From an uncultured Pseudomonadota bacterium (GTDB lineage: Bacteria > Pseudomonadota > Alphaproteobacteria > JACZXZ01): a stretch of DNA of 64,000 bases. This document shows positions 1 through 9,678 of this stretch, one piece after another. The stretch's first letter is position 1. Every line of letters begins with the position of its first letter. Below the pieces are notes generated by a model. The model was not told the DNA's origin, did no database searches, and worked only from the letters and a program-made list of their open reading frames with translations. The stretch spans positions 96,001-160,000 of the forward strand of contig CAVVLJ010000021.1 of assembly GCA_963749075.1 (NCBI GenBank). Reading direction: 5' to 3'. The translations under genes and the position numbers were made by a program.

Positions 1-130
1 GCATTTGGCGGCACGTGTGGGCGACCGGCGCACTCGCGGTTGCCGTCGTCATCATTGCGCTGGTGGTGCGACTGCTGAGCGCTCCGCTGTGAGCGCGGCC
101 TAACGGCCTAGAACGCTCGCCCCGCCCCGC

Positions 131-1948
131 TCACCCCGCCTTGCGCGCTTCCTTCTTGCGCTCGTGGCGGTCGAGGTATTGCTTCCTGAGCCGGATGACC
201 TTGGGCGTCACCTCGACGAGCTCGTCCTCGCCGATATAGGAGATCGCCTGCTCGAGGGTGAGGAGGCGCGGCGGGGTCAAGCGCACCGCCTCGTCCTTGT
301 TCGCGGCGCGGATGTTGGTGAGCTGCTTGCCCTTCAAGGGATTGACCTCGAGGTCGTTGCCGCGGCTGTGCTCGCCGATGATCATGCCCTGGTAGACGCG
401 GTCGTTCGGATTGATGAAGAGCACGCCGCGCTCCTCGAGGTTCCAGAGGGCGTAGGCGACGGCAAGGCCGTCGCCGAGCGAGACGAGCACGCCGTTGCGG
501 CGGCCCTGCATCGGGCCCTTGAAGGGCGCGTAGCCGTGGAAGAGGCGCGAGAGCACGCCGGTGCCGCGCGTCTCGGTCAGGAACTGGCCCTGGTAGCCGA
601 TGAGGCCGCGCGCGGGCACCAGGAGCGTGAGCCGCGTCTTGCCGCCGCCGGAGGGCCGCATCTCGACGAGCTCGCCCCTGCGCTCGGCGAGCCCGTCGAT
701 GACGACGCCGGTATGGGCGTCGTCCACGTCGATCAGCACCTCCTCGATGGGCTCGAGGCGGGCGCCGGTCAAGGGATCGTCCTTGAAGAGCACGCGCGGC
801 CGGCTGATCGAGAGCTCGAAGCCCTCGCGCCGCATGGTCTCGATGAGCACGCCCATCTGCAGCTCGCCGCGGCCGGCGACCTCGAAGGCGTCGCGCTCCT
901 CGGACTCGCTCACCTTGATGGCGACGTTGCCCTCGGCTTCGCGCATAAGCCGCGTGCCGATCTCGCGCGAGGTGAGGCGCGTGCCGTCGCGGCCGGCAAG
1001 CGGCGAATCATTGACCGAGAAGGTCATGGCGATGGTGGGCGGGTCGATCGGCTGGGCCTTGAGCGCCTCCGTCACCTCGGGGGCTGCGAGCGTGTCGGCG
1101 ACGGTCGCCCGCGCGAGCCCGGCGATCGCGATGATGTCGCCGGCCTCGGCGTGCTCGATCGGCACGCGCTCGAGCCCGCGGAAGGCGAGGAGCTTGGTGA
1201 GCCGCCCCTCCTCGAGGACGCCGCCGTCGCGCGCCAGCGCTCTCACCGGCATGTTGAGCCGTGCGGTGCCTGAATAGATGCGGCCGGTGAGCACGCGGCC
1301 GAGATAGGAATCGTATTCCAGCGTGCTCGCCAGCATGGCGAAGGGTCCTAGGGCGTCGGCCTTGGGCTGAGGGATATGGGAGATGATGAGCTCGAAGAGC
1401 GGCGCCATGCTCTCGCGCGGTGCCTCCAGGCTGGCGGCGGCCCAACCCTCGCGCCCCGAGGCGTAGAGCAGCGGGAAGTCGAGCTGCGCCTCGCTCGCGT
1501 CGAGCGCGGCGAAGAGATCGAAGATCTCCTCGTGCACCTCGTGCGGCCGCGCGTCGGGCCGGTCGCACTTGTTGATCAGCACGATCGGCCTCAAGCCCAG
1601 GCGCAGCGCCTTGGAGAGCACGAACTTGGTCTGCGGCAGCGGGCCCTCGGCGGCGTCGACCAGCACCACCGCACCATCCACCATGTCGAGGATGCGCTCG
1701 ACCTCGCCGCCGAAATCCGCGTGACCCGGCGTATCCACGATGTTGAGGCGCACGCCCTGCCAGGCGACGGAGGTGCATTTGGCGAGGATGGTGATGCCGC
1801 GCTCGCGCTCGAGGTCGTTCGAGTCGAGCGCACGCTCGGCCATCGCCTGGTGGGCGCGCACCGCACCGCTCTGCCTCAAGAGCACGTCGATGAGCGTGGT
1901 CTTGCCGTGGTCGACGTGCGCGATGATGGCGAGGTTGCGGATGTCCAT
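131..1948 (-). CDS. typA: translational GTPase TypA/BipA
   Basis: [53 protein letters not shown] motifs. Confidence 0.97.
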   Translation of the reverse strand: MDIRNLAIIAHVDHGKTTLIDVLLRQSGAVRAHQAMAERALDSNDLERERGITILAKCTSVAWQGVRLNIVDTPGHADFGGEVERILDMVDGAVVLVDAAEGPLPQTKFVLSKALRLGLRPIVLINKCDRPDARPHEVHEEIFDLFAALDASEAQLDFPLLYASGREGWAAASLEAPRESMAPLFELIISHIPQPKADALGPFAMLASTLEYDSYLGRVLTGRIYSGTARLNMPVRALARDGGVLEEGRLTKLLAFRGLERVPIEHAEAGDIIAIAGLARATVADTLAAPEVTEALKAQPIDPPTIAMTFSVNDSPLAGRDGTRLTSREIGTRLMREAEGNVAIKVSESEERDAFEVAGRGELQMGVLIETMRREGFELSISRPRVLFKDDPLTGARLEPIEEVLIDVDDAHTGVVIDGLAERRGELVEMRPSGGGKTRLTLLVPARGLIGYQGQFLTETRGTGVLSRLFHGYAPFKGPMQGRRNGVLVSLGDGLAVAYALWNLEERGVLFINPNDRVYQGMIIGEHSRGNDLEVNPLKGKQLTNIRAANKDEAVRLTPPRLLTLEQAISYIGEDELVEVTPKVIRLRKQYLDRHERKKEARKAG

Positions 1949-2158
1949 GGGGCTCGCAGAGGTTCTCCGGTTGCGCCGTAACATAGTGATTGCGGCCTGC
2001 CGGAACAACCATCGCGGCCGTCGCCGTTAAAAGAATTGTTCAGCGCAGAGGACGCAGGGGATGCGCAGCAGACGCGGGAGATCCCGGGGACGTCCTGACT
2101 TTGCGCCCTCCGCGCATCCCCTGCGTCCTCCGCGCTAGTCCCTTCCTTACGTCCAGGG

Positions 2159-3169
2159 TTATGCCAGGCCTGCTTCGCGGGCGAGCTCGGCGAGCGGGCG
2201 CTCGGGACGCGCGCCGAGGTGGCCGATCGCCTCGGCCGCTGCCAGGCTTCCGAGGCGGCCCGCGCGCGCGAGATCGTAGCCGTGGGTGTAGCCATAGAGA
2301 AATCCGGCGGCGTAGAGATCGCCGGCGCCGGTGGTGTCCACCACCTGGGCGACGGGTGCCGCGTCGATGACGTGCACTTCGCTGCCGGCGAGGATGACCG
2401 AGCCTTTCTCGCTCCGCGTCAGGCAGGCGATCTCGCAATGGCCGCGCACCGCCTGGAGTGCTGCATCGAAGCTCGGCACCTCGTAGAGTGCCGCGATCTC
2501 GTGCTCGTTGGCGAAGAGGATGTCGACGTGCGCCTCGACGAGGTCTTGGAAGGCGGCGCGGTAGCGCTTAACACAGAAGGGATCGGAGAGCGAGAGCGCC
2601 ACCTTGCGCCCGCTCGCGTGGGCGACCTCGGAGGCCTTGCGGAAGGCCTCCTGGGCGCGCGGCGGGTCATAGAGATAGCCCTCGAGATAGGTGAGCTCGG
2701 CGGCGGCGACGAGCTCGCCCTCCACGTCCTCCGGCCCGAGCTCGATGCAGGCGCCGAGATAGGTCTGCATGGTGCGCTGGCCGTCGGGCGTCACGAAGAC
2801 GAGGCAGCGCGCGGTCGCCGGACCCACGGGTGCTGGCGGCGTCGGGAAATGCACGCCGAGCGCCTGGATGTCGTGGCGGAACACCCGGCCGAGCTGGTCG
2901 CTCTTGACCTTGCCGATGAAGGCGGCCCGCCCGCCTAGGGAAGCGATGCCCGCGATGGTGTTCGCCGCCGAGCCGCCCGAGCATTCGATGCCCGGCCCCA
3001 TGCGGCGATAGAGCGTCTCCGCCTCGCCTGCGTCGACCAGCGTCATGGCGCCCTTCTCGAGGCCGAGCTCGGCGAGCGCCTCCTCCCGCGCATGCGCCAG
3101 CACGTCGACGATGGCATTGCCGATGCCTAAGGCGTCGAAGCGCGCGTGGCCGGATGGAGTGCTGGCCAT
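2159..3169 (-). CDS. PfkB-family carbohydrate/adenosine kinase
   Basis: GIGNAIVD, SGGSAANT, VVDTTGAGDLYAAGF PfkB signatures. Confidence 0.9.
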   Translation of the reverse strand: MASTPSGHARFDALGIGNAIVDVLAHAREEALAELGLEKGAMTLVDAGEAETLYRRMGPGIECSGGSAANTIAGIASLGGRAAFIGKVKSDQLGRVFRHDIQALGVHFPTPPAPVGPATARCLVFVTPDGQRTMQTYLGACIELGPEDVEGELVAAAELTYLEGYLYDPPRAQEAFRKASEVAHASGRKVALSLSDPFCVKRYRAAFQDLVEAHVDILFANEHEIAALYEVPSFDAALQAVRGHCEIACLTRSEKGSVILAGSEVHVIDAAPVAQVVDTTGAGDLYAAGFLYGYTHGYDLARAGRLGSLAAAEAIGHLGARPERPLAELAREAGLA

Positions 3170-3541
3170 GGGGTCTTGCCTCTCGCTCGTTGCGGCTTTC
3201 GTGGGGGATCAGGCGTCGCCGGCAAGGCGCCGGGCGGCGCAGTATAGCGATGCCGCACTTGTCCGCAACAGGATGCGCGCCGCTTGCCCCGGGCGGTAAC
3301 GCATATGGCCGCCTCGCCCTTCGAGACGCGCGCTCTGCGCGCTCCTCAGGGTGAGGTGGCCCCCGCGGTTGGTGGATTTCCTCATCCCGAGGGGGGCCGC
3401 AGGCCCGTCTCGAAGGATGAGGAAATCCGCTCGGCGCCAATTGCGATTGCGCTGGCGCTTGCCGCGGGTGGCGGCGCTGAGCTAAGGAGAGGACGAGGAG
3501 CCCGGCCGCCGCCGAGCGCCGCAAGGGATCGCGCGAAAAGC

Positions 3542-4222
3542 ATGCTCGGCTATATAGCCTCGTCGCTCGCACAGCTCTCGGATGCGCGCATTCTCGCCGT
3601 GCTGCTCAAGAGTGCTGCGCTCACCGTGATCGTCATGGCGCTCCTCTTGGGCGGTGCGGCGCTCGGGCTCGCGCAAATTCCCTTCGCGCAATCCTGGCTG
3701 CATTGGGCGGCCGGCCTCTTGGGCGCGCTCGCCGCACTCTTCCTCGCAGCCGTGCTCTTCACGGTGGTGGCAAGCGTCGTGGTGAGCTTCTTCCTCGACG
3801 AGGTGGCGGATGCGGTCGAGGTGCTGCACTACCCCGAGGCGGGGCCGGCGCGGCGGCAGGGCTGGGGCGAGCTTGCCATGGCGGGGTTGCGCTTTGCCGG
3901 AACGAGCGTTCTTCTCAACCTCCTGGCACTCCCGGTCTATCTCTTCTTTCCGGCAATAAATCTGTTGTTTTTCTATGGCTTGAACGGCTATCTTGTGAGC
4001 CGGGCGTATTTCGAGCTGGTGGCCTTCCGGCGGCTTACGCCGCCCGAGGCGCGGCGTCTGCGCCTCGCCCATCCGGCTCAGATGCTCCTCGTGGGGGTAC
4101 TCACCGCCGTGGCGCTGACGGTGCCGGTGGTGAACCTGCTGGCACCCGTGTTGGCGACCGCCCTCATGGTGCATGTCTATCACGGGATGACGCGGGTGCG
4201 CCGGCCCCGCGGCATGCCATGA
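3542..4222 (+). CDS. EI24/CysZ-like membrane protein
   Basis: multiple hydrophobic helices, FLDEVADAVE..HYP and LNGYLVSRAYFELVA motifs; start inferred at MLGYI. Confidence 0.75.
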   Translation: MLGYIASSLAQLSDARILAVLLKSAALTVIVMALLLGGAALGLAQIPFAQSWLHWAAGLLGALAALFLAAVLFTVVASVVVSFFLDEVADAVEVLHYPEAGPARRQGWGELAMAGLRFAGTSVLLNLLALPVYLFFPAINLLFFYGLNGYLVSRAYFELVAFRRLTPPEARRLRLAHPAQMLLVGVLTAVALTVPVVNLLAPVLATALMVHVYHGMTRVRRPRGMP

Positions 4223-4298
4223 TGTCCGGCAGCGATGGCCTTGCGCCGCGGCGGGCTCCTCTTGCGAGGGTCCGCTCGGCTCGGGAGAGGGGGTTGCG

Positions 4299-4964
4299 AT
4301 GATCTTCAAACGCAGGAAGCCCGGCGAGGAGGGCGGCAGCGAGGCGCCCCGCGAAGAGCCGCCGCCGCCGCTCGATGCCGGCGCCGCCGCTGCCCGGCCC
4401 TTCACGCGGCCGGCCAGCTCGGAACTCCTTGCCCGGCCGTTGCCCGCCGTACCCAAGAGTGCGGTTGCGGTGCCGCCGCGGGCCGATCTCCCGCGCCGCG
4501 TCGTCGACATTCCTTCGCTGCCGCGCCGGGTCGAGCGCCCGGCAGCACCCGCGGCAGACAGCAAGAAGCTGATCGTCGGCCGCGAGATCTGCCTGAATGG
4601 CCATATTTCCGCGTGCGAGCGGCTGGTGGTCGAGGGCACGGTCGAGGCCGAGCTCAACGACTGCCGCGCCATCGAGGTGGCGGATTGCGGCACCTTCAAG
4701 GGGGCCGCCGAGGTCGAGGGCGCCGAGATCTCGGGCCGCTTCGAAGGCTCGCTCACGGTGCGCGAGCGCCTCTTGATCCGCAGTTCCGGCCGCGTCACCG
4801 GCAAGGTGCGCTACGGCCGCCTCGAGATCGAGCAGGGCGGCGAGATCAACGGCGAGGTGAGTAGCCTGGGCGCCGCCGCGGCGCCGGCCCGGCATCTCAC
4901 GGCGGCACCGGCGGTCGACAGCAGCTTCCTCGATAGCGCCGCCGCAGGCGGCGGCGAGGAGTGA
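4299..4964 (+). CDS. bactofilin (polymer-forming cytoskeletal protein)
   Basis: Pro-rich N-terminus followed by beta-helix repeats LIVGREICLNG..LVVEGTVE..ISGRFEGSL..GGEINGEV. Confidence 0.88.
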   Translation: MIFKRRKPGEEGGSEAPREEPPPPLDAGAAAARPFTRPASSELLARPLPAVPKSAVAVPPRADLPRRVVDIPSLPRRVERPAAPAADSKKLIVGREICLNGHISACERLVVEGTVEAELNDCRAIEVADCGTFKGAAEVEGAEISGRFEGSLTVRERLLIRSSGRVTGKVRYGRLEIEQGGEINGEVSSLGAAAAPARHLTAAPAVDSSFLDSAAAGGGEE

Positions 4965-5029
4965 CGCGGAGCGCCGCGCGTTAGATCGAGGGGTGCCGTC
5001 GGGGGCGGCGGACAAGGGGGGAGGTCGTC

Positions 5030-5668
5030 GTGAGGGGGGGCATGGTGCTGGCGCCGCGCGGCGGACCGCAGCTGTTGCGGACGGGCGCCGTGGCGGGCAT
5101 GCTGCTGCTCGCCGCCTGCGCCCAGCCGGGGGGGTACCCTGGCGCTGCACTCTCCGAAAAGGCTCCAAGCGGCTCAGGCGAAGGCCTTGAGGCGCACGCG
5201 GCGCCGCCGCCGCTCGCGGCCGGCGGCAAGTTGGCGCTGCCTGCGGCGGTGGCGCGTGGTGCCATGCTCGCGGCGATCCCCGTCGCGGCGAAGCGCACGG
5301 CCGGACCGGCAGGTGTTCCGACGCCCGAGGACCTCAAGGGGCTCGCCGCCGACGAGCTTGCGGCGATGCTGGGAGCACCCTCGCTCCTCAGCCGCGACGG
5401 GCCGGCGCAGATTTGGCAATATGCCGGCGGCGGCTGCGTGCTGCACGTCTTTCTCTATGACGAGCGCGGCACCTTCCGCGTGACCTATGCGGAGCTCCGC
5501 GTCGACGACCGCGAGGCGGCACGGCCGCCCTTCTGCGTCGAGCGCAGGCGGCGGCCGCAAGCGAGCGCCGGCATCAGCTTCGGCAAGACCACGCTCGGGC
5601 CCGGCGCACTGCCGGCGGGCTTCGCCAGGAAGGCGCCGCCAGGGCAGATTCTGACAGGGCGAATCTGA
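5030..5668 (+). CDS. putative lipoprotein
   Basis: LLLAAC lipobox; LGAP..RDGPAQIWQY..CVLHVFLY domain. Confidence 0.65.
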   Translation: MRGGMVLAPRGGPQLLRTGAVAGMLLLAACAQPGGYPGAALSEKAPSGSGEGLEAHAAPPPLAAGGKLALPAAVARGAMLAAIPVAAKRTAGPAGVPTPEDLKGLAADELAAMLGAPSLLSRDGPAQIWQYAGGGCVLHVFLYDERGTFRVTYAELRVDDREAARPPFCVERRRRPQASAGISFGKTTLGPGALPAGFARKAPPGQILTGRI

Positions 5669-5675
5669 GGCCCGC

Positions 5676-6320
5676 TTACGCCACCGTCTTCCCCTTGAAG
5701 CCGCAGAGATCGCGCACGATGCAGCGCCAGCACTCGGGCTTGCGCGCCTTGCACACGTAGCGGCCGTGGAGGATGAGCCAGTGGTGGGCGTGGAGCCTGA
5801 ATTCGGGCGGCACGCGCTTCAGGAGCTTCATCTCCACCTCGAGCGGCGTCTTGCCGGGGGCGAGGCCGGTGCGGTTGCCGATGCGGAAGATGTGGGTGTC
5901 GACGGCGATGGTGGGCTCGCCGAAGGCGATGTTCAGCACCACGTTCGCGGTCTTGCGCCCCACGCCCGGCAGCGCCTCGAGCTTCTCGCGCGCGCGCGGC
6001 ACTTGGCCGCCGTGCTCGCTGAGCAGGATTTCGCTCAGCGCGATCACGTGCTTCGCCTTGCTGTTATAGAGGCCGATCGTCTTGATGAAATGCTTGAGCC
6101 GCGCCTCGCCGAGCTTGAGCATCTTCGCCGGCGCGTCGGCTACCTTGAAGAGCGCGTCGGTCGCCTTGTTGACGCTGGCATCCGTCGCCTGGGCCGAGAG
6201 CACGACGGCGACCAGCAGCGTATAGGGATTGATGAAGTCGAGCTCGCCGCGCGGATTGGGCCGCTCGGCGGCAAGGCGGCGGAAGAACTCCGCCACGGCC
6301 TCCTTCCTCATGCTCGTCAT
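5676..6320 (-). CDS. nth: endonuclease III
   Basis: LVAVVLSAQATD, HhH LPGVGRKTANVVL, C-terminal 4Fe-4S motif CKARKPECWRC..C. Confidence 0.96.
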   Translation of the reverse strand: MTSMRKEAVAEFFRRLAAERPNPRGELDFINPYTLLVAVVLSAQATDASVNKATDALFKVADAPAKMLKLGEARLKHFIKTIGLYNSKAKHVIALSEILLSEHGGQVPRAREKLEALPGVGRKTANVVLNIAFGEPTIAVDTHIFRIGNRTGLAPGKTPLEVEMKLLKRVPPEFRLHAHHWLILHGRYVCKARKPECWRCIVRDLCGFKGKTVA

Positions 6321-6427
6321 GGCTTCATGCTCGTCATGGCCGCCACTCTATACGGGCAGGCGCGCCGCCGGAAGACGCGGCTCGCGGCACTTTACCGCGC
6401 CCTGAGCGCCACCCTATAGTGCCCGAC

Positions 6428-6967
6428 ATGAGTGCCCCGCCCGACCCCAACGCGAGCGAAACCGCCGAGCCCCTCCTCTTCGATGCGGTGCTCGTGCCGC
6501 ACCGCAGCCTGGAGCCGGCCGGCTTCTGGCTGCTCATGGCGGTCGTCAGCGCCGTGAGCTTCGTCTCCGGCATGTATTTCGTGCTGCGCGGCGCCTGGCC
6601 GGTGTTCGGCTATTTCGGGCTCGACGTGCTGCTGCTCTATCTCGCCTTCCGGGCGAGCTACCGCTCGGCGCGGTTCTGCGAGACGATCAGGCTCGGGGCC
6701 GACGCCCTCGTCGTCGAGCGCTTGGGTCCGCGCGGCCGCCGCGCGCGCTGGAGCTTCCAGCCCTACTGGCTCAAGGTCGAGATCGACGAGCCGCCGCAGC
6801 ACGGCAGCCAGCTGCGCCTCACCTCCCACGGCCGCTCGCTCGTCGTCGGCGCCTTCCTGCCGCCCGGCGAGCGCTACGAGGTCGCCCAGGCCCTGCGCGC
6901 GGCACTCAGCCGCCAGCGCGAAGGCCGCAATGCCGGCGACTGGGCCGCGGCGGCCGAGCACGGCTGA
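6428..6967 (+). CDS. DUF2244 membrane protein
   Basis: PHRSL..GF, GAWPVFGYFGLDV, GAFLPPGER motifs; usual neighbour of nth. Confidence 0.85.
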   Translation: MSAPPDPNASETAEPLLFDAVLVPHRSLEPAGFWLLMAVVSAVSFVSGMYFVLRGAWPVFGYFGLDVLLLYLAFRASYRSARFCETIRLGADALVVERLGPRGRRARWSFQPYWLKVEIDEPPQHGSQLRLTSHGRSLVVGAFLPPGERYEVAQALRAALSRQREGRNAGDWAAAAEHG

Positions 6968-7355
6968 GACCGCCCGGCGCGCGCCGGGCGAGACGACAAG
7001 GGCGATGGCCAAGATCGCACTCCCCGAGAACGCCGTGCTCATGGTCATCGACCTGCAGAAGGCGATCGACGATCCGCGCTGGGGCCGGCGCAACAATCCG
7101 GGCTGCGAGGCGAGGGTGGCGGCACTCCTTGCGGCTTGGCGCGCGCGCGGCATGCCCATCGTCCATATTCGCCACGATTCGCGCAAGGCCAACTCGACCT
7201 ACCGCCCGGACCGGCCGGGCCACGGTTTCAAGCCGGAGACCGCATCCCTCGCCGGCGAGACCGTGATCGCGAAAGAGACCAACAGCGCCTTCATCGGCAC
7301 CGAGCTCGAGCCCTGGCTGCGCAGCTGCGGCTACGGCACCCTCGTCGTCGCCGGC

Positions 7356-8110
7356 TACAATCGCGACAAGTTGCGCTATCCGAGCGATCTGACGGATGCG
7401 GAATGGCAGCATATCGAGCCGCTGATACCACCGGCCAAGAGTGGCGGCGGCAAGCGGAGCGTCAGACATGCGCGAGGTGGTCAACGGTGTGATGTATGTC
7501 CTGAGCACAGGGTGCCAGTGGCGCTACATCCCAAAAGACCTGCCGCCGCGGAGCACGGTGAACGGCTACTTTTGCCTATGGGGCTACAACGGCGCGTTGG
7601 AGAAGATTCACCACGCGCTCTACGTCAAATGCCGCGAGCAGGATGAAGCCGAGGCGAGCCCCACCGCCTGCATCATCGATAGCCAGAGCGTGAAAAGCGC
7701 AGAAAAAGGGGGGCCTGCATCGATCCCCATGGGTTCGATGCAGGCAAGTTGATCAAAGGCAAGAAGCGCCACATCCTCGTCGATACGCTGGGTTTGTTGC
7801 TGCACGCGCTGGTTACGTCCGCTGATGTTCAGGATCGCGACGGCGGGCTGATGGTCTTGGCCACGTTGTTCGGACAGTTCCCGTTCCTCAAGAAGCTGTT
7901 TGCCGACAGCGCCTATGCGGGGCCGGTGTTCCATGACGGCCTGGCGAACATCATGCCGGACCTCGTCACCGAAATTGTGCGCCGTTCGCGATCGGGCCAA
8001 GGCCTTCGTCGTTCTGCCCAAACGATGGATCGTCGAACGCACTATCGGTTGGCTGGGTCGTTGTCGCCGGCTGGCCAAGGACTGGGAAAATCTCAACCAT
8101 AACGCGCTCG
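7356..8110 (+). mobile_element. IS5-family transposase fragment, truncated at both ends and frameshifted
   Basis: [33 protein letters not shown], slippery AAAAAGGGGG at ~7703, [22 protein letters not shown]; extra frameshifts at ~7466 and ~7985; no IRs seen. Confidence 0.92.
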
Positions 8111-8189
8111 TTTAATTTATTAAAATATAATATTTAATTATTTAATATAATTAAATAAATTTAATTAAATAATAATTAAAAAAAAAAAT
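8111..8189. other. 79-bp tract containing only A and T
   Basis: no G or C between 8111 and 8189; ends in an 11-A run followed by one T. Confidence 0.95.
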
Positions 8190-8224
8190 GAGTTCCCGCG
8201 CGGGCTCGTGCGGGTCCTAGAAGA

Positions 8225-8443
8225 TTATGCTTTTTGGTTCTTGAGAAGACGCGCTCTGATTGCGTCGCGTCCGCGCTCAAGGTCGTCTTCCATGAGAAGA
8301 TTACCCTGCTGCATAGACACGTTGCCGCGCGTAAATCGGCGTATCACGCTGTCGGCAATCTCGTCGTCTTCGGCGGCGGCATCGATGGGCGTGATGCCGC
8401 GCTTCAGCAAGAGACGAATTGCAAGGGTCCGCTCATTCTTCAT
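8225..8443 (-). CDS. hypothetical protein (72 aa)
   Basis: ATG with GAGGGAG RBS upstream; protein-like composition; hairpin plus T-run downstream on the - strand. Confidence 0.55.
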   Translation of the reverse strand: MKNERTLAIRLLLKRGITPIDAAAEDDEIADSVIRRFTRGNVSMQQGNLLMEDDLERGRDAIRARLLKNQKA

Positions 8444-8665
8444 CGTAGCTCCCTCGGGTGATCAGCGTTTCTTGCCATCCGCCCGATGGTCGGTTGTACG
8501 CCCTACCCCGCGCCGCCTCGCGGTCTAGGGAGTTGCGCGCATCCTACTGCGACATTTTGTCACAGCCCCACAGATTGGCTAGACAGGGGTCTGTACGCTT
8601 GCGGGCTTCTCGCGTGATCATAGCGTGTCCTCGCGTACGCGACACCGCTAATACACCTGAGACGC

Positions 8666-8734
8666 CAACGATTTGTGGCCGGGCGCTAATCGGACCACAA
8701 CATGTTGAGCAAGGGCACCCTACTCCAACATATT
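8666..8734. promoter_or_regulatory. NrdR-box-like palindrome(s)
   Basis: ACCACAACATGTTGA at 8694-8708; degenerate copies CAACGATTTGTG (8666, 32 bp away) and CAACATATT (8726). Confidence 0.45.
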
Positions 8735-8895
8735 CGTTGAATTAAGCGTTTCTCGGCACTTCCTTCCCCCGCATCTCAATTCGTGGCAATGCGGGACCTA
8801 GCCGACTTGCGGGGCAAGAGTTAACCGGCGATGATGTTAAATAGGGGGGCGCGCGCCAACAACTAGGAGAGATTGCTCATACTAAGTGTGCGGCA

Positions 8896-9216
8896 TCAGC
8901 ATAGGCCAACACTGGCGCGGAATGGGCTGCTCCCATTCGCGCCAGAATACCGGAGATAGATTGATTTGGCGGTCGGCAACACCGTCACATTATCCCCCTC
9001 AATCGACCCGCGCCTTTTCCGGCGCTCTTCGTCGAATCTCTTTTTTAGCTCTGGCTCCGCCTTCAATCGTGCGTCGATAAATGCGCGCAGAGCGTCCGCG
9101 ATGATTCGGTGCTCGGGCGCGCCGCGATGGGCTTCGCAAAAATCGACAAGGTCGCTGGCGAGGGGTTCCCGCAGCTTCCACCGGCCTTTCGGCGGATTGG
9201 GGTCGGCTGTCACCAT
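8896..9216 (-). CDS. small RHH-like DNA-binding protein (putative)
   Basis: short beta-like segment (KGRWKL) then two helices LASDLVDFCEAH..IIADALRAFI; homologue at 41070-41261; GTTACCAG direct repeat (9236-9253) upstream. Confidence 0.6.
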   Translation of the reverse strand: MVTADPNPPKGRWKLREPLASDLVDFCEAHRGAPEHRIIADALRAFIDARLKAEPELKKRFDEERRKRRGSIEGDNVTVLPTAKSIYLRYSGANGSSPFRASVGLC

Positions 9217-9298
9217 GCTTCGGACAGTACCAACTGTTACCAGCCGTTACCAGATTTTGCTTGACGGCGCTGGCGGCAGAGGGGCAAGATAGGCGCAC

Positions 9299-9324
9299 AA
9301 AAAGAGCGCCCCCGAAGGGGCGCT
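9299..9324 (-). terminator. rho-independent terminator
   Basis: AGCGCCCC-UUCG-GGGGCGCU followed by CUUUUU on the - strand. Confidence 0.85.
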
Positions 9325-9597
9325 GAGTTGCCGGATCAGTTTCTACGGGTGGCCGCGTGTGAGGCGCGGCCATTTCCGTATGTGAGCTTCGATGGTTTCC
9401 CATCGTCCGCGTCTGCACCTGAGGTATCTCCTTACGGAGACCATCCGCCCCCAGGGCAGTCCGCACGCGAATGCATCCATGTGCTGCTCCGCCACGGTGG
9501 GCAGGTTTTGGCCTGCCGACCTCGGAGCGCCCGATGCGCCCCGCCCAATCAGGGCGCGGGCGCCGTCCTTAGACGGAGGGCCGGAGCATTCGCGGCA
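9299..9597 (-). ncRNA. candidate large structured ncRNA (unknown family)
   Basis: at least 8 helices; GAAA, GUAA and UUCG tetraloops and a G-U pair occur only on the - strand; TTGACC-N17 promoter-like sequence upstream; terminator downstream. Confidence 0.6.
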
Positions 9598-9635
9598 GAA
9601 AGGGAACCAACAAGATCGCGTCGGTCAATCCAAAG

Positions 9636-9678
9636 TTATCCACAAGAACTAGCGGTTTGTTAATATTTCTGTGGATAA
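9636..9678. promoter_or_regulatory. two perfect DnaA boxes in inverted orientation
   Basis: TTATCCACA at 9636-9644 and TGTGGATAA at 9670-9678. Confidence 0.75.

Noticed and set aside
9299-9597. Group I/II intron, RNase P RNA, tmRNA or retron msr-msd
   Set aside because: No domain-V, P7 or GAGGAAAGUCC signature, no tag ORF, and no reverse transcriptase in the window; kept as an unknown ncRNA
8999-9663. ORFs 8999-9466, 9328-9663 and 9392-9652 as proteins
   Set aside because: No recognisable motifs; two of them cross or abut a strong terminator and all overlap a region better explained by RNA structure
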